A stretch of DNA of 32,000 bases from Methanothermus fervidus DSM 2088 (GTDB lineage: Archaea > Methanobacteriota > Methanobacteria > DSM-2088 > Methanothermaceae): contig CP002278.1 in the NCBI GenBank assembly GCA_000166095.1, positions 540,001 to 572,000 on the forward strand, given 5' to 3'. The notes below the pieces were generated by a model. That model had not been told where the DNA came from, did no database searches, and saw nothing but the letters and a program-made list of their open reading frames with translations. Positions 16,552-25,937 of the stretch are shown here, piece by piece (within the stretch, counting starts at the first letter, position 1; each line of letters starts with the position of its first letter). The translations under genes and the position numbers were made by a program.

Positions 16552-16559
16552 TTTAAATA
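16552..16559 (+). promoter_or_regulatory. TATA-box-like element upstream of the second C/D sRNA
   Basis: TTTAAATA ends about 34 nt upstream of the C box at 16593. This is compatible with a transcription start about 10 nt before the C box. Confidence 0.35.
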
Positions 16560-16589
16560 TGTAAAAATAAGTATTTGTACTGTGGCATA

Positions 16590-16645
16590 AAAATGATGAA
16601 AAAGCCCAAATCTGATTGATGATGAACGAAAGGACTTTCTGATTT
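16590..16645 (+). ncRNA. Canonical C/D box sRNA (C-D'-C'-D)
   Basis: ATGATGA (16593-16599), 12-nt guide aaaagcccaaat, CTGA (16612-16615), 3-nt loop, ATGATGA (16619-16625), 13-nt guide acgaaaggacttt, CTGA (16639-16642). The AAA/TTT flanks can pair. Confidence 0.7.
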
Positions 16646-16688
16646 GATTGGTAAGTTAATAAATTTTTACTCAATTGACGGTGATTAT

Positions 16689-17963
16689 ATGTATAAAGTA
16701 TTGTTAGATGAAAAAGAATTACCAAAAAAGTGGTATAATATTACGCCAGACCTTCCTAAACAACTGTCACCACCAAAAGGAGATAGAGTAAAGGATTTAC
16801 CAAAGATTTTTTCTAAGCATGTATTAAAACAAGAAACATCTACCAAAAGATGGATAAAAATTCCTAAGAAAATTAGAGAAATTTATAGAGAGATTGGGAG
16901 GCCAACTCCTTTATTTAGAGCCCGTAATTTAGAAAAAATGCTAAACACGCCCGCAAAAATATATTATAAAAGGGAAGATCTTTCTCCGACCGGTAGTCAT
17001 AAATTAAACACTGCAATAGCTCAAGCATATTATGCAAAAAAAGACGGGGCAGAATATTTAACAACTGAAACTGGGGCAGGACAATGGGGCTCAGCACTTT
17101 CCCTTGCATGTTCCCTTATGGATATTGGATGTAAAGTTTTTATGGTACGGGTTTCTTACCACCAAAAACCATTAAGAAAAATATTGATGCAGATTTATGG
17201 CGCTGAAGTTTTCCCTTCACCTAGTAAGGAAACTGAATTTGGTAGGAAAATGTTAAAAAAAGATCCTAAACATCCTGGATCATTAGGAATTGCAATTTCA
17301 GAGGCAATTGAAGTTGCATTGAAAAATGACAATGTATATTATTCTCTTGGAAGTGTATTAAATCATGTGCTTCTCCATCAAACAATAATCGGATTAGAAT
17401 TGAAAAAACAATTGGAAAAAATAGATGAAAAACCAGATATTATTGTGGGATGTGCTGGCGGAGGTAGTAATTTTTCAGGTGCAATTTTTCCTTTTGTAAA
17501 GGAAAAATTAAATGAAAGGTTAGATTGTAAATTTATAGCTGTTGAACCAACAGCATGCCCCACTTTAACTCAAGGAGAATATCGTTATGATTATGGTGAT
17601 ACTGCTGGCATGACTCCTCTAATTAAAATGTATACATTAGGACATGATTTTGTACCACCTCCTGTACATGCAGGAGGTCTTAGGTATCATGGAATGGCAC
17701 CACAATTATCTTTACTTGTAAAAGAAAAAATAGTGGAAGCTAGGGCTGTAAAACAGAAAGATATTTTTAAAAGTGGAATATTATTTTCTAAAGCAGAAGG
17801 GATTGTACCAGCGCCTGAAACTTGTCATGCAATAAAGGTAGCAATTGATGAAGCAAAAAAATGCAAAAAAAGTGGTGAAGAAAAAACAATCGTTATAAAC
17901 TTTTCAGGCCACGGATTATTAGATTTAAAAGGATATGAAAAATATTTAAGCACAGAAGAATAA
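16689..17963 (+). CDS. trpB2: Tryptophan synthase beta chain-like protein (TrpB2 type)
   Basis: PLP lysine motif TGSHKLNTA. The N-terminus ([13 protein letters not shown]) is typical of TrpB2, as is GGGSNFSG. I prefer ATG at 16689 (SD GGTGAT), because the track TTG at 16644 would run through the sRNA. Confidence 0.85.
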   Translation: MYKVLLDEKELPKKWYNITPDLPKQLSPPKGDRVKDLPKIFSKHVLKQETSTKRWIKIPKKIREIYREIGRPTPLFRARNLEKMLNTPAKIYYKREDLSPTGSHKLNTAIAQAYYAKKDGAEYLTTETGAGQWGSALSLACSLMDIGCKVFMVRVSYHQKPLRKILMQIYGAEVFPSPSKETEFGRKMLKKDPKHPGSLGIAISEAIEVALKNDNVYYSLGSVLNHVLLHQTIIGLELKKQLEKIDEKPDIIVGCAGGGSNFSGAIFPFVKEKLNERLDCKFIAVEPTACPTLTQGEYRYDYGDTAGMTPLIKMYTLGHDFVPPPVHAGGLRYHGMAPQLSLLVKEKIVEARAVKQKDIFKSGILFSKAEGIVPAPETCHAIKVAIDEAKKCKKSGEEKTIVINFSGHGLLDLKGYEKYLSTEE

Positions 17964-18028
17964 ACAATGTCAATTATCATCATAATTAATTGAGTTTTTA
18001 GCAAAAAAGGGGTGGAATGAGGGATAAA

Positions 18029-19243
18029 ATGTATAGAATAGGGGAAGCATTAATTGGAAAAGGAAACGAAGTTGCTCACATCGAACTAATTATCGGAAAA
18101 AAGGATGGAAAAGTAGGCGATGCATTTGTAAAAGGATTTACAAATGCATCTATTGGTCATGTTCCTTTATTATCAGTAATACGTCCAAATTTGATGACAA
18201 AACCCGCAACTTTAATAATACCTAAAGTTACTATTAGGGACATGGATGACGCAAATAAAATTTTTGGACCAGCACAAATGGCCGTAGGCAGGGCCATTGC
18301 AGATGCAGTAGAAGAAGGTATAATACCTAAAGAAAAAGTTGAAGAATTGGTTGTAATTGTAAGTGTTTTTGTTCATCCAGATGCAAAGGATTATAGGAAA
18401 ATCTACCAATATAATTATGGAGCAACCAAATTAGCATTGAGAAGAGCAATAGAAGGTTACCCACCAATTGATAAGATATTATCAGAAAAAGATAGGAGTG
18501 TACATCCTATAATGGGCTTTAAAGTACCAAAACTTTGGAATCCTCCATATATACAAGTCGCATTGGATATGAATGATTTAAATGAAATGAAAAGAGTAAT
18601 AAACGAATTACCTAAAAGAGAAAGATTAATATTGGAAGCAGGTACGCCATTAATTAAAAAATATGGTGTGCATGTAGTTAATGAAATAAGAAAATTAAGA
18701 AAAGATGCATTTATAGTAGCAGATCTTAAAACTTTGGATGTTGGAAGATTGGAAGTTAAAATGGCATCTGATGAGACAGCTGATGCAGTAGCAATTTCAG
18801 GTCTTGCAAGCATTGAATCAATTGAAAAAGCAATACATGAAACACAGAGACAGGGCGTATACTCAATATTGGACATGATGAATGTAAGTGATATTGAAGG
18901 CAAACTCAAAAAATTAAGATATAAACCAGATATAGTATTGCTACATAGAAGTGTAGATGTTGAAACTGTAAAAGCTGAACGTGGTGAAAAGATAGGTGAA
19001 GTTACAGAATGGGGTAATATAAAAAGAATAAAATCTATAACAAATGCATTAGTTGCGGTAGCTGGTGGCATAACACCAGATAATGTTCAAAAAGCAATTA
19101 AAAGTGGAGCTGATATAATCGTAGTTGGCAGGTATATCACTGGCTCTAAGGATGTAAGAAGAGCTTCACAAGAATTTCTTGATCAATTACCCCCAGATCC
19201 AGACACTATGAGATTACCTCTTGATGAAGATGAGTCTATATGA
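18029..19243 (+). CDS. fae-hps: Bifunctional formaldehyde-activating enzyme / 3-hexulose-6-phosphate synthase (Fae-Hps)
   Basis: The N-terminal half matches Fae ([19 protein letters not shown]..., YNYGATKLA). The C-terminal half is an OMP-decarboxylase-like Hps (IQVALD..., [14 protein letters not shown]). The start is either 18017 or 18029, and the latter has the better SD spacing (GAGGG plus 5 nt). Confidence 0.85.
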   Translation: MYRIGEALIGKGNEVAHIELIIGKKDGKVGDAFVKGFTNASIGHVPLLSVIRPNLMTKPATLIIPKVTIRDMDDANKIFGPAQMAVGRAIADAVEEGIIPKEKVEELVVIVSVFVHPDAKDYRKIYQYNYGATKLALRRAIEGYPPIDKILSEKDRSVHPIMGFKVPKLWNPPYIQVALDMNDLNEMKRVINELPKRERLILEAGTPLIKKYGVHVVNEIRKLRKDAFIVADLKTLDVGRLEVKMASDETADAVAISGLASIESIEKAIHETQRQGVYSILDMMNVSDIEGKLKKLRYKPDIVLLHRSVDVETVKAERGEKIGEVTEWGNIKRIKSITNALVAVAGGITPDNVQKAIKSGADIIVVGRYITGSKDVRRASQEFLDQLPPDPDTMRLPLDEDESI

Positions 19244-19282
19244 TTTATTATATTTTTATTTTTAGGATTTGGAGGAATAGAA

Positions 19283-19849
19283 TTGATACTCGGAATATGT
19301 GGTAGTCCAAGAAAACAGGCAACAGAATATGTATTAAAAAAAGCTTTGGAAATTGTAGAAAGAAGTCATGAAGTTAAATTCTTTACAGTGAGGGGAAAAA
19401 CTATAAATCCATGTAGACATTGTGACTATTGCATAAAAAATAAGAAATGTATTATAGAAGATGACATGAAGTTTATTTATGAAACTTTGCCAAAAGCATC
19501 AGGAATTATTATGGCTACACCTGTATACAATGGAGGAGTTAGTGCCCAATTAAAAGCCATCATGGACAGATGTAGAGCTTTGGGAGCTCAAAATTTTAAT
19601 TTTTTAGAAAATAAAGTTGGCATGGGGATTGCAGTGGGAGGAGATAGATCTGGAGGGCAAGAGTTAGCTCTCCTTCAAATTCACACTTTCTTTATTTTAA
19701 ATGGAGCAATCCCTGTTAGTGGAGGTGCATTTGGAGCTAATCTTGGCGCATGTTTTTGGTCAAAGGATTCATTAAATGGTGTTAAAAAAGATAAAGAAGG
19801 CTTTAGAACTTTGAAAAAAACGCTTAAGAGATTTCTTTCAAAGGTGTGA
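19283..19849 (+). CDS. Iron-sulfur flavoprotein (Isf) / NADPH-dependent FMN reductase family
   Basis: GSPRK flavodoxin-like N-terminus. It carries the compact C-x2-C-x2-C-x5-C motif (CRHCDYCIKNKKC) characteristic of Isf. The start is TTG, preceded by GGAGG plus 7 nt. Confidence 0.75.
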   Translation: MILGICGSPRKQATEYVLKKALEIVERSHEVKFFTVRGKTINPCRHCDYCIKNKKCIIEDDMKFIYETLPKASGIIMATPVYNGGVSAQLKAIMDRCRALGAQNFNFLENKVGMGIAVGGDRSGGQELALLQIHTFFILNGAIPVSGGAFGANLGACFWSKDSLNGVKKDKEGFRTLKKTLKRFLSKV

Positions 19850-19857
19850 CTTTCACC

Positions 19858-20631
19858 ATGAAATTAGGTTTTTCAACTCTTGCTCTTATTCCAAAACCTC
19901 TAAATCAAATTTTAAAAATTTTCTCAAAATCAAAATTTGAATTGCTTGAATTGTTATGTGACGGACCTTATTGGCCAAGAAATCTTCTTAAAAAAATTGA
20001 TGAAATCATAGAAATTTTTTCATCCTATGACCTCAAGTTGTATGTCCATGCACCTACTGTGGATTTAAATATTGCAAGTTTAAATGAAGGTATTAGAAAT
20101 GAAAGTAAAGTCCAAATAAAAGAATCAATACAACTTGCGGCAGAATTGGATGCAAAAGCTGTAACAATACATCCTGGCTACGTGAAGAGACCTGACAAAC
20201 ACTTAAGAGATCTTGCTGTTAAATATTCTAAAAATTCAATACATGAATGTCAGGAATATGCTGAAGAAATAGGCATGAAACTTTGTATAGAAAACATGCC
20301 AAATCGCAATATATATCTTTGTAAAAATGTTAACGAGTATTTGGAGTTTATTGAGGAATGTAATTCTTGTGCCACTATAGATATTGGACATGCAAATACT
20401 TCAGGACAATTAAAAGAATTTATGAAAATTAAGGCATGTTATCACCATATAAATGATAATGATGGTAAGAAAGATCAGCATCTTCCACTTGGTGAAGGCA
20501 ATATTGATTTAAAATATTTAAAATTTATTAAAAATGGTATAATCGAAGTTAACGATTATAAAAAAGTTTTAAAATGTAAAGAAGTCATTCAAAAATTTTT
20601 AAGAGGTGAAATAAATGGGAAAAAAAGATAA
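19858..20631 (+). CDS. Sugar phosphate isomerase/epimerase (xylose isomerase-like TIM barrel)
   Basis: Pattern LEL..., HAP..., TIHPG, ENM, D.GH, H..D is typical of the AP endonuclease 2 / xylose isomerase-like fold. The start is ATG 19858 or GTG 19846 (a GTGA overlap with the isf stop). Confidence 0.6.
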   Translation: MKLGFSTLALIPKPLNQILKIFSKSKFELLELLCDGPYWPRNLLKKIDEIIEIFSSYDLKLYVHAPTVDLNIASLNEGIRNESKVQIKESIQLAAELDAKAVTIHPGYVKRPDKHLRDLAVKYSKNSIHECQEYAEEIGMKLCIENMPNRNIYLCKNVNEYLEFIEECNSCATIDIGHANTSGQLKEFMKIKACYHHINDNDGKKDQHLPLGEGNIDLKYLKFIKNGIIEVNDYKKVLKCKEVIQKFLRGEINGKKR

Positions 20632-20776
20632 AAAGCGCCTCCCTCCTACTGGAGCTGGTTTAGTTAGATATTATGAAGAAGAAGAAAAAATGGGGCCAGC
20701 ACTCACACCTGAGCATGTAGTTGTTATTACAATATTGCTTGCAATCTTTTGCATAGTACTTAGATTTTCAGGGTGA
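20615..20776 (+). CDS. secG: Preprotein translocase subunit Sec61beta (archaeal SecG), 53 aa, absent from the ORF track
   Basis: MGKKDKKRLPPTGAGLVRYYEEEEKMGPALTPEHVVVITILLAIFCIVLRFSG. It shows the conserved aGLvRY..E motif followed by a C-terminal TM anchor. SD GAGGTGA lies 5 nt upstream. Confidence 0.7.
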   Translation: MGKKDKKRLPPTGAGLVRYYEEEEKMGPALTPEHVVVITILLAIFCIVLRFSG

Positions 20777-20781
20777 AATTA

Positions 20782-22143
20782 ATGCCGATACATCCTATAG
20801 AATTCCGGTATGGAACAAAAGAAATGAAAAAAATTTGGGAAGCTGAAAATAAATTGGATAAGATGCTTAAAGTTGAAGCAGCATTAGCAGATGCAGAAGC
20901 AGAATTAGGTATAATACCAAAAGACGCTGCTAAAGAAATAAAAAGAAAAGCAAACACAAAGTTCGTTAAATTAGAGAGAGTGAAGGAAATAGAGAAAGAC
21001 ACAAAACATGACGTAGTTGCAATGATAAAGGCCTTAGAAGAACAATGTGTTGGGAATGCTGGTGAATACATTCATTTTGGTGCTACCTCAAATGATATTG
21101 TGGATACAGCACAATCACTACTTTTTAAAGATAGTATTAAGGTGTTAAGAAAAAGAATAATAAAACTTATAAAACTGCTTTTGGATTTGGCACAAAAAAA
21201 TAAAAAAAGAGTATGTATTGGACGAACACATGGACAGCATGCTTTGCCAACTACATATGGAATGAAATTTGCATTATGGGCAGATGAGCTGTATAGACAC
21301 CTCGTACGTTTAAACTCTTGTGAAGATAGATTGTGTGTTGGAATGATAACAGGGGCAGTTGGAACCTTCGCAGCATTAGGTAAAAAAGGATTAGAAGTAA
21401 ATAAAAGAGTTTCTGAAAAATTAGGATTGAAACCTGTTTTAATATCAAACCAAATTATACAAAGAGATAATCATGCTGAATTCATAATGGTTTTGGCAAA
21501 TATTGCATCAACACTGGATAAAATAGGCACTGAAATAAGGAATTTACAAAGAACTGAGATAGGGGAAGTCTATGAAAAATTTGACATTGAAAAACAAGTT
21601 GGAAGTAGTGCAATGCCTCACAAAATGAATCCAATTACTGCAGAAAGAATATGCGGATTATCTAGAGTCATTAGATCATATGTAACCTCTGCATTGGAAA
21701 ATAATGTTTTATGGCATGAAAGAGACCTCACAAATTCTTCTCCAGAAAGAATAATATTTCCTGAAGCTTGTATACTTACAGATTACATACTTGAATTAAC
21801 ATTCAAAATTTTGAAAGATTTGAAGTTTAACGACAAAAACATAGAAAAGAATCTTAATTTAACAAAAGGATTGATAATGGCCGAAAGAATTGTGTCTAAA
21901 CTTGTAGAAAATGGCATGGGGCGACAAACTGCATATAAAATTGTCAGAGATTGTGCAATTAAGTCAATTAAAGAAAACTTACCATTTTTCAAAATTGTAG
22001 AAGAAAATCCAGAAATTAAGAAATATTTAAGTTCCGAAGAAGTAAAAGAATTAATGGATCCTCACACATACATAGGACTTGCTCCAGAAATTACTGATAA
22101 AGTTGTAAAAACCATTAAAGAGAAGTTAAAAGAGTTTATGTAA
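20782..22143 (+). CDS. purB: Adenylosuccinate lyase
   Basis: N-terminus PIEFRYGT.EM. Fumarate-lyase signature GSSAMPHKMNP. TSNDI motif. I prefer ATG 20782 (SD GGGTGA plus 5 nt) over the track GTG 20773. Confidence 0.9.
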   Translation: MPIHPIEFRYGTKEMKKIWEAENKLDKMLKVEAALADAEAELGIIPKDAAKEIKRKANTKFVKLERVKEIEKDTKHDVVAMIKALEEQCVGNAGEYIHFGATSNDIVDTAQSLLFKDSIKVLRKRIIKLIKLLLDLAQKNKKRVCIGRTHGQHALPTTYGMKFALWADELYRHLVRLNSCEDRLCVGMITGAVGTFAALGKKGLEVNKRVSEKLGLKPVLISNQIIQRDNHAEFIMVLANIASTLDKIGTEIRNLQRTEIGEVYEKFDIEKQVGSSAMPHKMNPITAERICGLSRVIRSYVTSALENNVLWHERDLTNSSPERIIFPEACILTDYILELTFKILKDLKFNDKNIEKNLNLTKGLIMAERIVSKLVENGMGRQTAYKIVRDCAIKSIKENLPFFKIVEENPEIKKYLSSEEVKELMDPHTYIGLAPEITDKVVKTIKEKLKEFM

Positions 22144-23019
22144 AGTTGTTGATAGTTTGTTCCAATTTTTTCTGTAAAGGATAAATATCAGTAGGGCAGA
22201 GGACAATAGAGAAAATAAAAGTTGAAATAATGGTTCTGGCAATTCTGCACTGATAAATATTGAAGGCAGTGGCATATAATATGAACTGCTTACAATAACT
22301 TCTGAAAATAAATTATTTGCTGTATGAATTCCAATGACAGCCTCCAAACCTCCATCAGTTAATGTAATTATGGAAGCTATCAATGCATAAATCAAAGTGT
22401 CAATAAATATATCCAAATTTGCAACCAATGATGTTCCATTGCCCCAATGCCCAGTAGCAAATATTATTGAAGTTATAATAACTGGATAAATACGTTTATT
22501 TGTGATCAGGTTTATTGCTTGGAGTGCATAACCTCTAAAAAATATCTCTTCAAATCCTGCCTGTATTGGAGTTGTAGCTAAGGAAACAAGAAACAACATT
22601 AAAAATTCAGGCATTTTAAAATTTAATTTATATGAATGCGGGTCAAAATATAGGTCGATTAAAAGAAACAATGTAAGTACAAGTGACCATGCGAAAAACC
22701 CTGAGAAAAATCTTTTAAATCTAAACTTTGAGTGACTTGTAACAACAGTTTTAAACTTTCTATTATGGAAAATTCGCAAGGAGATATAAAAACTTAATAA
22801 CAAACAACAATAATAAATGTTGGTTCCCAAAAGGCTAAATACGCCTTCCATACCTGTTCTTGGAGAAACAATATCTAATCCAAGGATTGAAAACAAAATA
22901 TATATTGGGATGAATAAAAAAGCAGGCAAAAATAATATGAAAAATAATGAAATGAGGTATCTCCACCAATCGTTTTTTCCTTTCTTTGCCAAATCTATGA
23001 ATTCTGTCAGGTTTGACAC
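22126..23019 (-). CDS. CPBP family intramembrane glutamic endopeptidase (CAAX protease-like)
   Basis: Polytopic membrane protein with EEIFFRGY and FATGHW motifs. Its 3' end overlaps the purB 3' end by 18 nt (convergent). Confidence 0.8.
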   Translation of the reverse strand: MSNLTEFIDLAKKGKNDWWRYLISLFFILFLPAFLFIPIYILFSILGLDIVSPRTGMEGVFSLLGTNIYYCCLLLSFYISLRIFHNRKFKTVVTSHSKFRFKRFFSGFFAWSLVLTLFLLIDLYFDPHSYKLNFKMPEFLMLFLVSLATTPIQAGFEEIFFRGYALQAINLITNKRIYPVIITSIIFATGHWGNGTSLVANLDIFIDTLIYALIASIITLTDGGLEAVIGIHTANNLFSEVIVSSSYYMPLPSIFISAELPEPLFQLLFSLLSSALLIFILYRKNWNKLSTTLHKLF

Positions 23020-23035
23020 CTACATAATTTCAATA

Positions 23036-23344
23036 TTAATCATTTTTCTTTTTTTCAATCCGACGACATTTAAATATTACAGTACCACCATCAGTGTATG
23101 GTTCACCAGGGTCTACACATTGCATATACGCATGATCAGGATCATCTTCTTTTGTTAATCCTAATTCAACAGGACACCATTTTTTCTCCAAAATAGTTGT
23201 GTAATGTAGAATTGTAGATAAGGCATGTGTGCAAAGAGCATCTGTTTTTTCAAGTACGATCTCTGGATCATCTATAATTATTTTATCTCCTTCTTTGTAG
23301 ACAGGACATTTACCTATTATTTTATGTACAGTAATTTCAAGCAT
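23036..23344 (-). CDS. Small Cys-containing protein, TIGR04076-like
   Basis: 102 aa. By recollection, the GKCPVYKEGDK ... LCTHAL ... C..P pattern resembles the TIGR04076 small-protein family. SD GAAGGTG lies 6 nt upstream. Confidence 0.4.
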   Translation of the reverse strand: MLEITVHKIIGKCPVYKEGDKIIIDDPEIVLEKTDALCTHALSTILHYTTILEKKWCPVELGLTKEDDPDHAYMQCVDPGEPYTDGGTVIFKCRRIEKKKND

Positions 23345-23384
23345 TGATTACACCTTCATTATTTTTTCATAATTTATTTTAAAT

Positions 23385-24605
23385 TTATAAGTACATTACT
23401 ATTGCAGGGATTATTAAACATCCCATTAAATAAGATTTGTTTATTTTTAGCGAATGTGGTAGAATCCCCAGAAAAATTGATGTAAAATAACAAAAAGAAA
23501 CAAGAATTACATTGGCATTTTCAAAATATGATAAAATATAAACAAAAGAAGTTATAATTACAACAATGAAAATTGTCATTAATTTATAATTTAATTCTGC
23601 GATGTTTTCAATCATCCATTCACCGATTTTTATACAGATAAAAAATGAAAGAGAAACTGAGGTAATCCCAACGAAAATAAAAAGTAATATTTTCATTAAA
23701 TCTATCTCTCCCAAAAATTGTGAAATATAGACTGCAATACCACTGCGTGCATTTCCAATTAAATAAACAGTTAAAAGCGAAAACAAAGAATCTGATACAT
23801 TTACACTACTTATGGCAGTTATTAAACTTTCATACTCATTTTTATTTTTTCCACAAAATTCTTGTGCAATTACACTTCCCTGTGCAGGTCCAAAACCAGG
23901 CAAAAATGCTAAAAATATACTTGCAAAGGTTCCTGAAATTATTCCTCTAATGATGTTACCATTCACTTTAAAATTATGGATTTCGCTTTGATAAGGTATG
24001 TATGAATTTTCTTTTAAGCTATAAAGCATCGTACTTACTCCAAAAAGACCTAAAAACATCGTAGTAAGTAAAACATTTGATGAAAATGGTAATTTTAATA
24101 CTAATATTCCAAAAATTCCTGAAACTAAAAAAATAATTGTAGAAATCAATGTTGATCTGACACTTCTATTTAAAGAAATAAGAAGATAAATTGATGCTAA
24201 AATTAAAATAATGCAAATATAAGGTTTCAAAATTTTTTCTAGAATAGGTAGAAGTATGGAAAGAAGTGGAAAAAGAAATGCAAGAATAAGTATGGATGAA
24301 AGTCCACCAACAGCCACCAATCTGATAGTTTTCTTCCCATATCCTCCCAAAATCATTTTATGTGCTGGATGTACAACAAGTGCTGTAGATTCCTTTGGAA
24401 CTCCAAGCAACATTGAAGGAATAAATTCCAATAAAGCATGTGAGACAGATAAAGAAAGAAGAAATACAGATAATACTTCTGGAGAAAAATTTTTAAGAAA
24501 ATAAGCAGAAAACACAAAAATTAATGCTCCAACATTATTTACATGTAAACCAGGAATTAACCCTGTTATAACACCACATAATACTCCAATAAAACATGCA
24601 ATCAA
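23385..24605 (-). CDS. Polytopic membrane protein, TctA/DUF112-like putative transporter
   Basis: 406 aa and highly hydrophobic. The N-terminus G..CG.ITGLIPGLH is typical of DUF112. The start (TTG at 24605) is uncertain. Confidence 0.5.
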   Translation of the reverse strand: MIACFIGVLCGVITGLIPGLHVNNVGALIFVFSAYFLKNFSPEVLSVFLLSLSVSHALLEFIPSMLLGVPKESTALVVHPAHKMILGGYGKKTIRLVAVGGLSSILILAFLFPLLSILLPILEKILKPYICIILILASIYLLISLNRSVRSTLISTIIFLVSGIFGILVLKLPFSSNVLLTTMFLGLFGVSTMLYSLKENSYIPYQSEIHNFKVNGNIIRGIISGTFASIFLAFLPGFGPAQGSVIAQEFCGKNKNEYESLITAISSVNVSDSLFSLLTVYLIGNARSGIAVYISQFLGEIDLMKILLFIFVGITSVSLSFFICIKIGEWMIENIAELNYKLMTIFIVVIITSFVYILSYFENANVILVSFCYFTSIFLGILPHSLKINKSYLMGCLIIPAIVMYL

Positions 24606-24625
24606 TAAATCAAAAATTTAATCAC

Positions 24626-24892
24626 CTATTCAACTAATCGCCTGAGGTCTGTTACTTCAACAGTGCTTACATTTTTTATTTTTGATAACTTTTCTTCAAC
24701 TTTGTCTGTCCCTCCTTTTGCATCATCAACAACAACCATAACATTTAAAGCTACTAACCCAAAGGCTATTGGATCTTCCTTGATATCATGCAATTCTTCC
24801 CCTAACTCCTTTTGTATGTTGTTTTTAATTTCATTTAAATCAACATTGGGGTCTGTAGGTGTTAATCTTATGGTAGCTAATACTTTTCCCAT
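24626..24892 (-). CDS. ef1b: Translation elongation factor aEF-1 beta
   Basis: 88 aa. MGKVLATIRLTPTDPNVDL...IAFGLVALNV...V.D matches the archaeal EF-1beta pattern. Confidence 0.85.
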   Translation of the reverse strand: MGKVLATIRLTPTDPNVDLNEIKNNIQKELGEELHDIKEDPIAFGLVALNVMVVVDDAKGGTDKVEEKLSKIKNVSTVEVTDLRRLVE

Positions 24893-24904
24893 TTTTCCAC
24901 TTCC

Positions 24905-25060
24905 TTATGGTCCTTCAAACCCACATTTACATCTATATACGTTTCCAAATGTTCTACATTTCTCACATCTTACTATTTCTTCATTACAGAGAGGGCATTC
25001 AAATTTTACATATTTTTCTCCAAGTGGTATTTCTCTTTTACATGATATGCATCTAACCAT
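24905..25060 (-). CDS. Small zinc-ribbon protein (51 aa, four Cys pairs; COG2888-like), absent from the ORF track
   Basis: [51 protein letters not shown] contains four CxxC/CxC pairs. Its ATG directly abuts the upstream stop (TAAATG), and it sits just upstream of the EF-1beta gene. Confidence 0.7.
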   Translation of the reverse strand: MVRCISCKREIPLGEKYVKFECPLCNEEIVRCEKCRTFGNVYRCKCGFEGP

Positions 25061-25705
25061 TTAATCACCCCTAATAATTGTACATTTTTTACCTTTACCT
25101 TCAAGTATAGAGACTATCCTATCTGGATATTTTCCATTGGCAACATAACAAGTAGTTTTGTATTTAAGAAGTAATTTTGCAAAAGATTTATCAACAGAAG
25201 TTTCACCAAAAGACAGCAATTTTTTTGCATTTATCTCCTTAATAAATTTTGCGTCTTTATACAATGAAGGATCTTTTGTATATATACCATCAACATTTGT
25301 TGCTATTAAAAGTTTTGAATTTAATAAATGTGAGAAAAACAAGGAAATTGAATCTGAGGTAACACTCCAAGAATGTTCTAATGGATCTAAATAATGTAAT
25401 ATTTTTGATGGAAGAATTATAGGTATTCTTTTATTTTTTAATAATTTCCTAGCGTCTCTTAAATTATCTACGGCCTCTGCTTTATCAACTAAATCCGCTA
25501 ATAACATTCCAATAATATCCATACATAATATTGCTGCATCATGAGCCGTAGTTTTTGAAAACTTTAATTTTGAATCATATTCACGTATTTTATCTGAAAG
25601 TTCGCCTCCACCACATATAACCATTACATCCTTCCCTACTAGAGATTCTAGCAATTTTAATGCATATTTTGGAAATAGACTACCTCCAATTTTTACTAAC
25701 CACAT
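25061..25705 (-). CDS. Amino acid kinase family protein; possibly the methanofuran-pathway kinase MfnE type
   Basis: The KIGGSL N-terminus, CGGG motif and 214-aa size match the small archaeal kinase family (COG2054-like). The specific MfnE assignment is by resemblance only. Confidence 0.5.
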   Translation of the reverse strand: MWLVKIGGSLFPKYALKLLESLVGKDVMVICGGGELSDKIREYDSKLKFSKTTAHDAAILCMDIIGMLLADLVDKAEAVDNLRDARKLLKNKRIPIILPSKILHYLDPLEHSWSVTSDSISLFFSHLLNSKLLIATNVDGIYTKDPSLYKDAKFIKEINAKKLLSFGETSVDKSFAKLLLKYKTTCYVANGKYPDRIVSILEGKGKKCTIIRGD

Positions 25706-25937
25706 CTTATCACAATTCTTATCAATGAATATTATAAAAAAATTTCACATTATATACTTTATTATCAAATTTTTGTTCATACAAATTTTACAGTTCTCAA
25801 AAAATAAGAAAAATTAAATAACAATATTAAAAATATTTTGGACATTGTTTTCAAGCTTCAGAGAATTTTAGGTAAAAACATTTATTTTATTTAGAAAAAA
25901 ATTATTCCTAATTCATTTTTTTAAGGAGGATTCAAAA

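Noticed and set aside
16528-16725. 65-aa minus-strand ORF and the TTG 16644 start of the trpB2 track ORF
   Set aside because: Both run through the C/D box sRNA and its promoter. The conserved TrpB2 N-terminus begins at the ATG at 16689, which has a proper SD. The minus-strand ORF has no RBS and an implausible composition.
18457-19071. 204-aa minus-strand ORF antisense to fae-hps
   Set aside because: It lies entirely within a strongly recognisable conserved gene. The product is an S/I/L/F-rich, low-complexity translation typical of antisense frames in AT-rich DNA, and there is no RBS.
22126-22143. An 18-nt convergent overlap of the purB and CPBP protease 3' ends as a possible regulatory feature
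   Set aside because: Short convergent overlaps are common in compact archaeal genomes. I see no hairpin or other special structure here, so it is worth noting only as a fact of gene packing.
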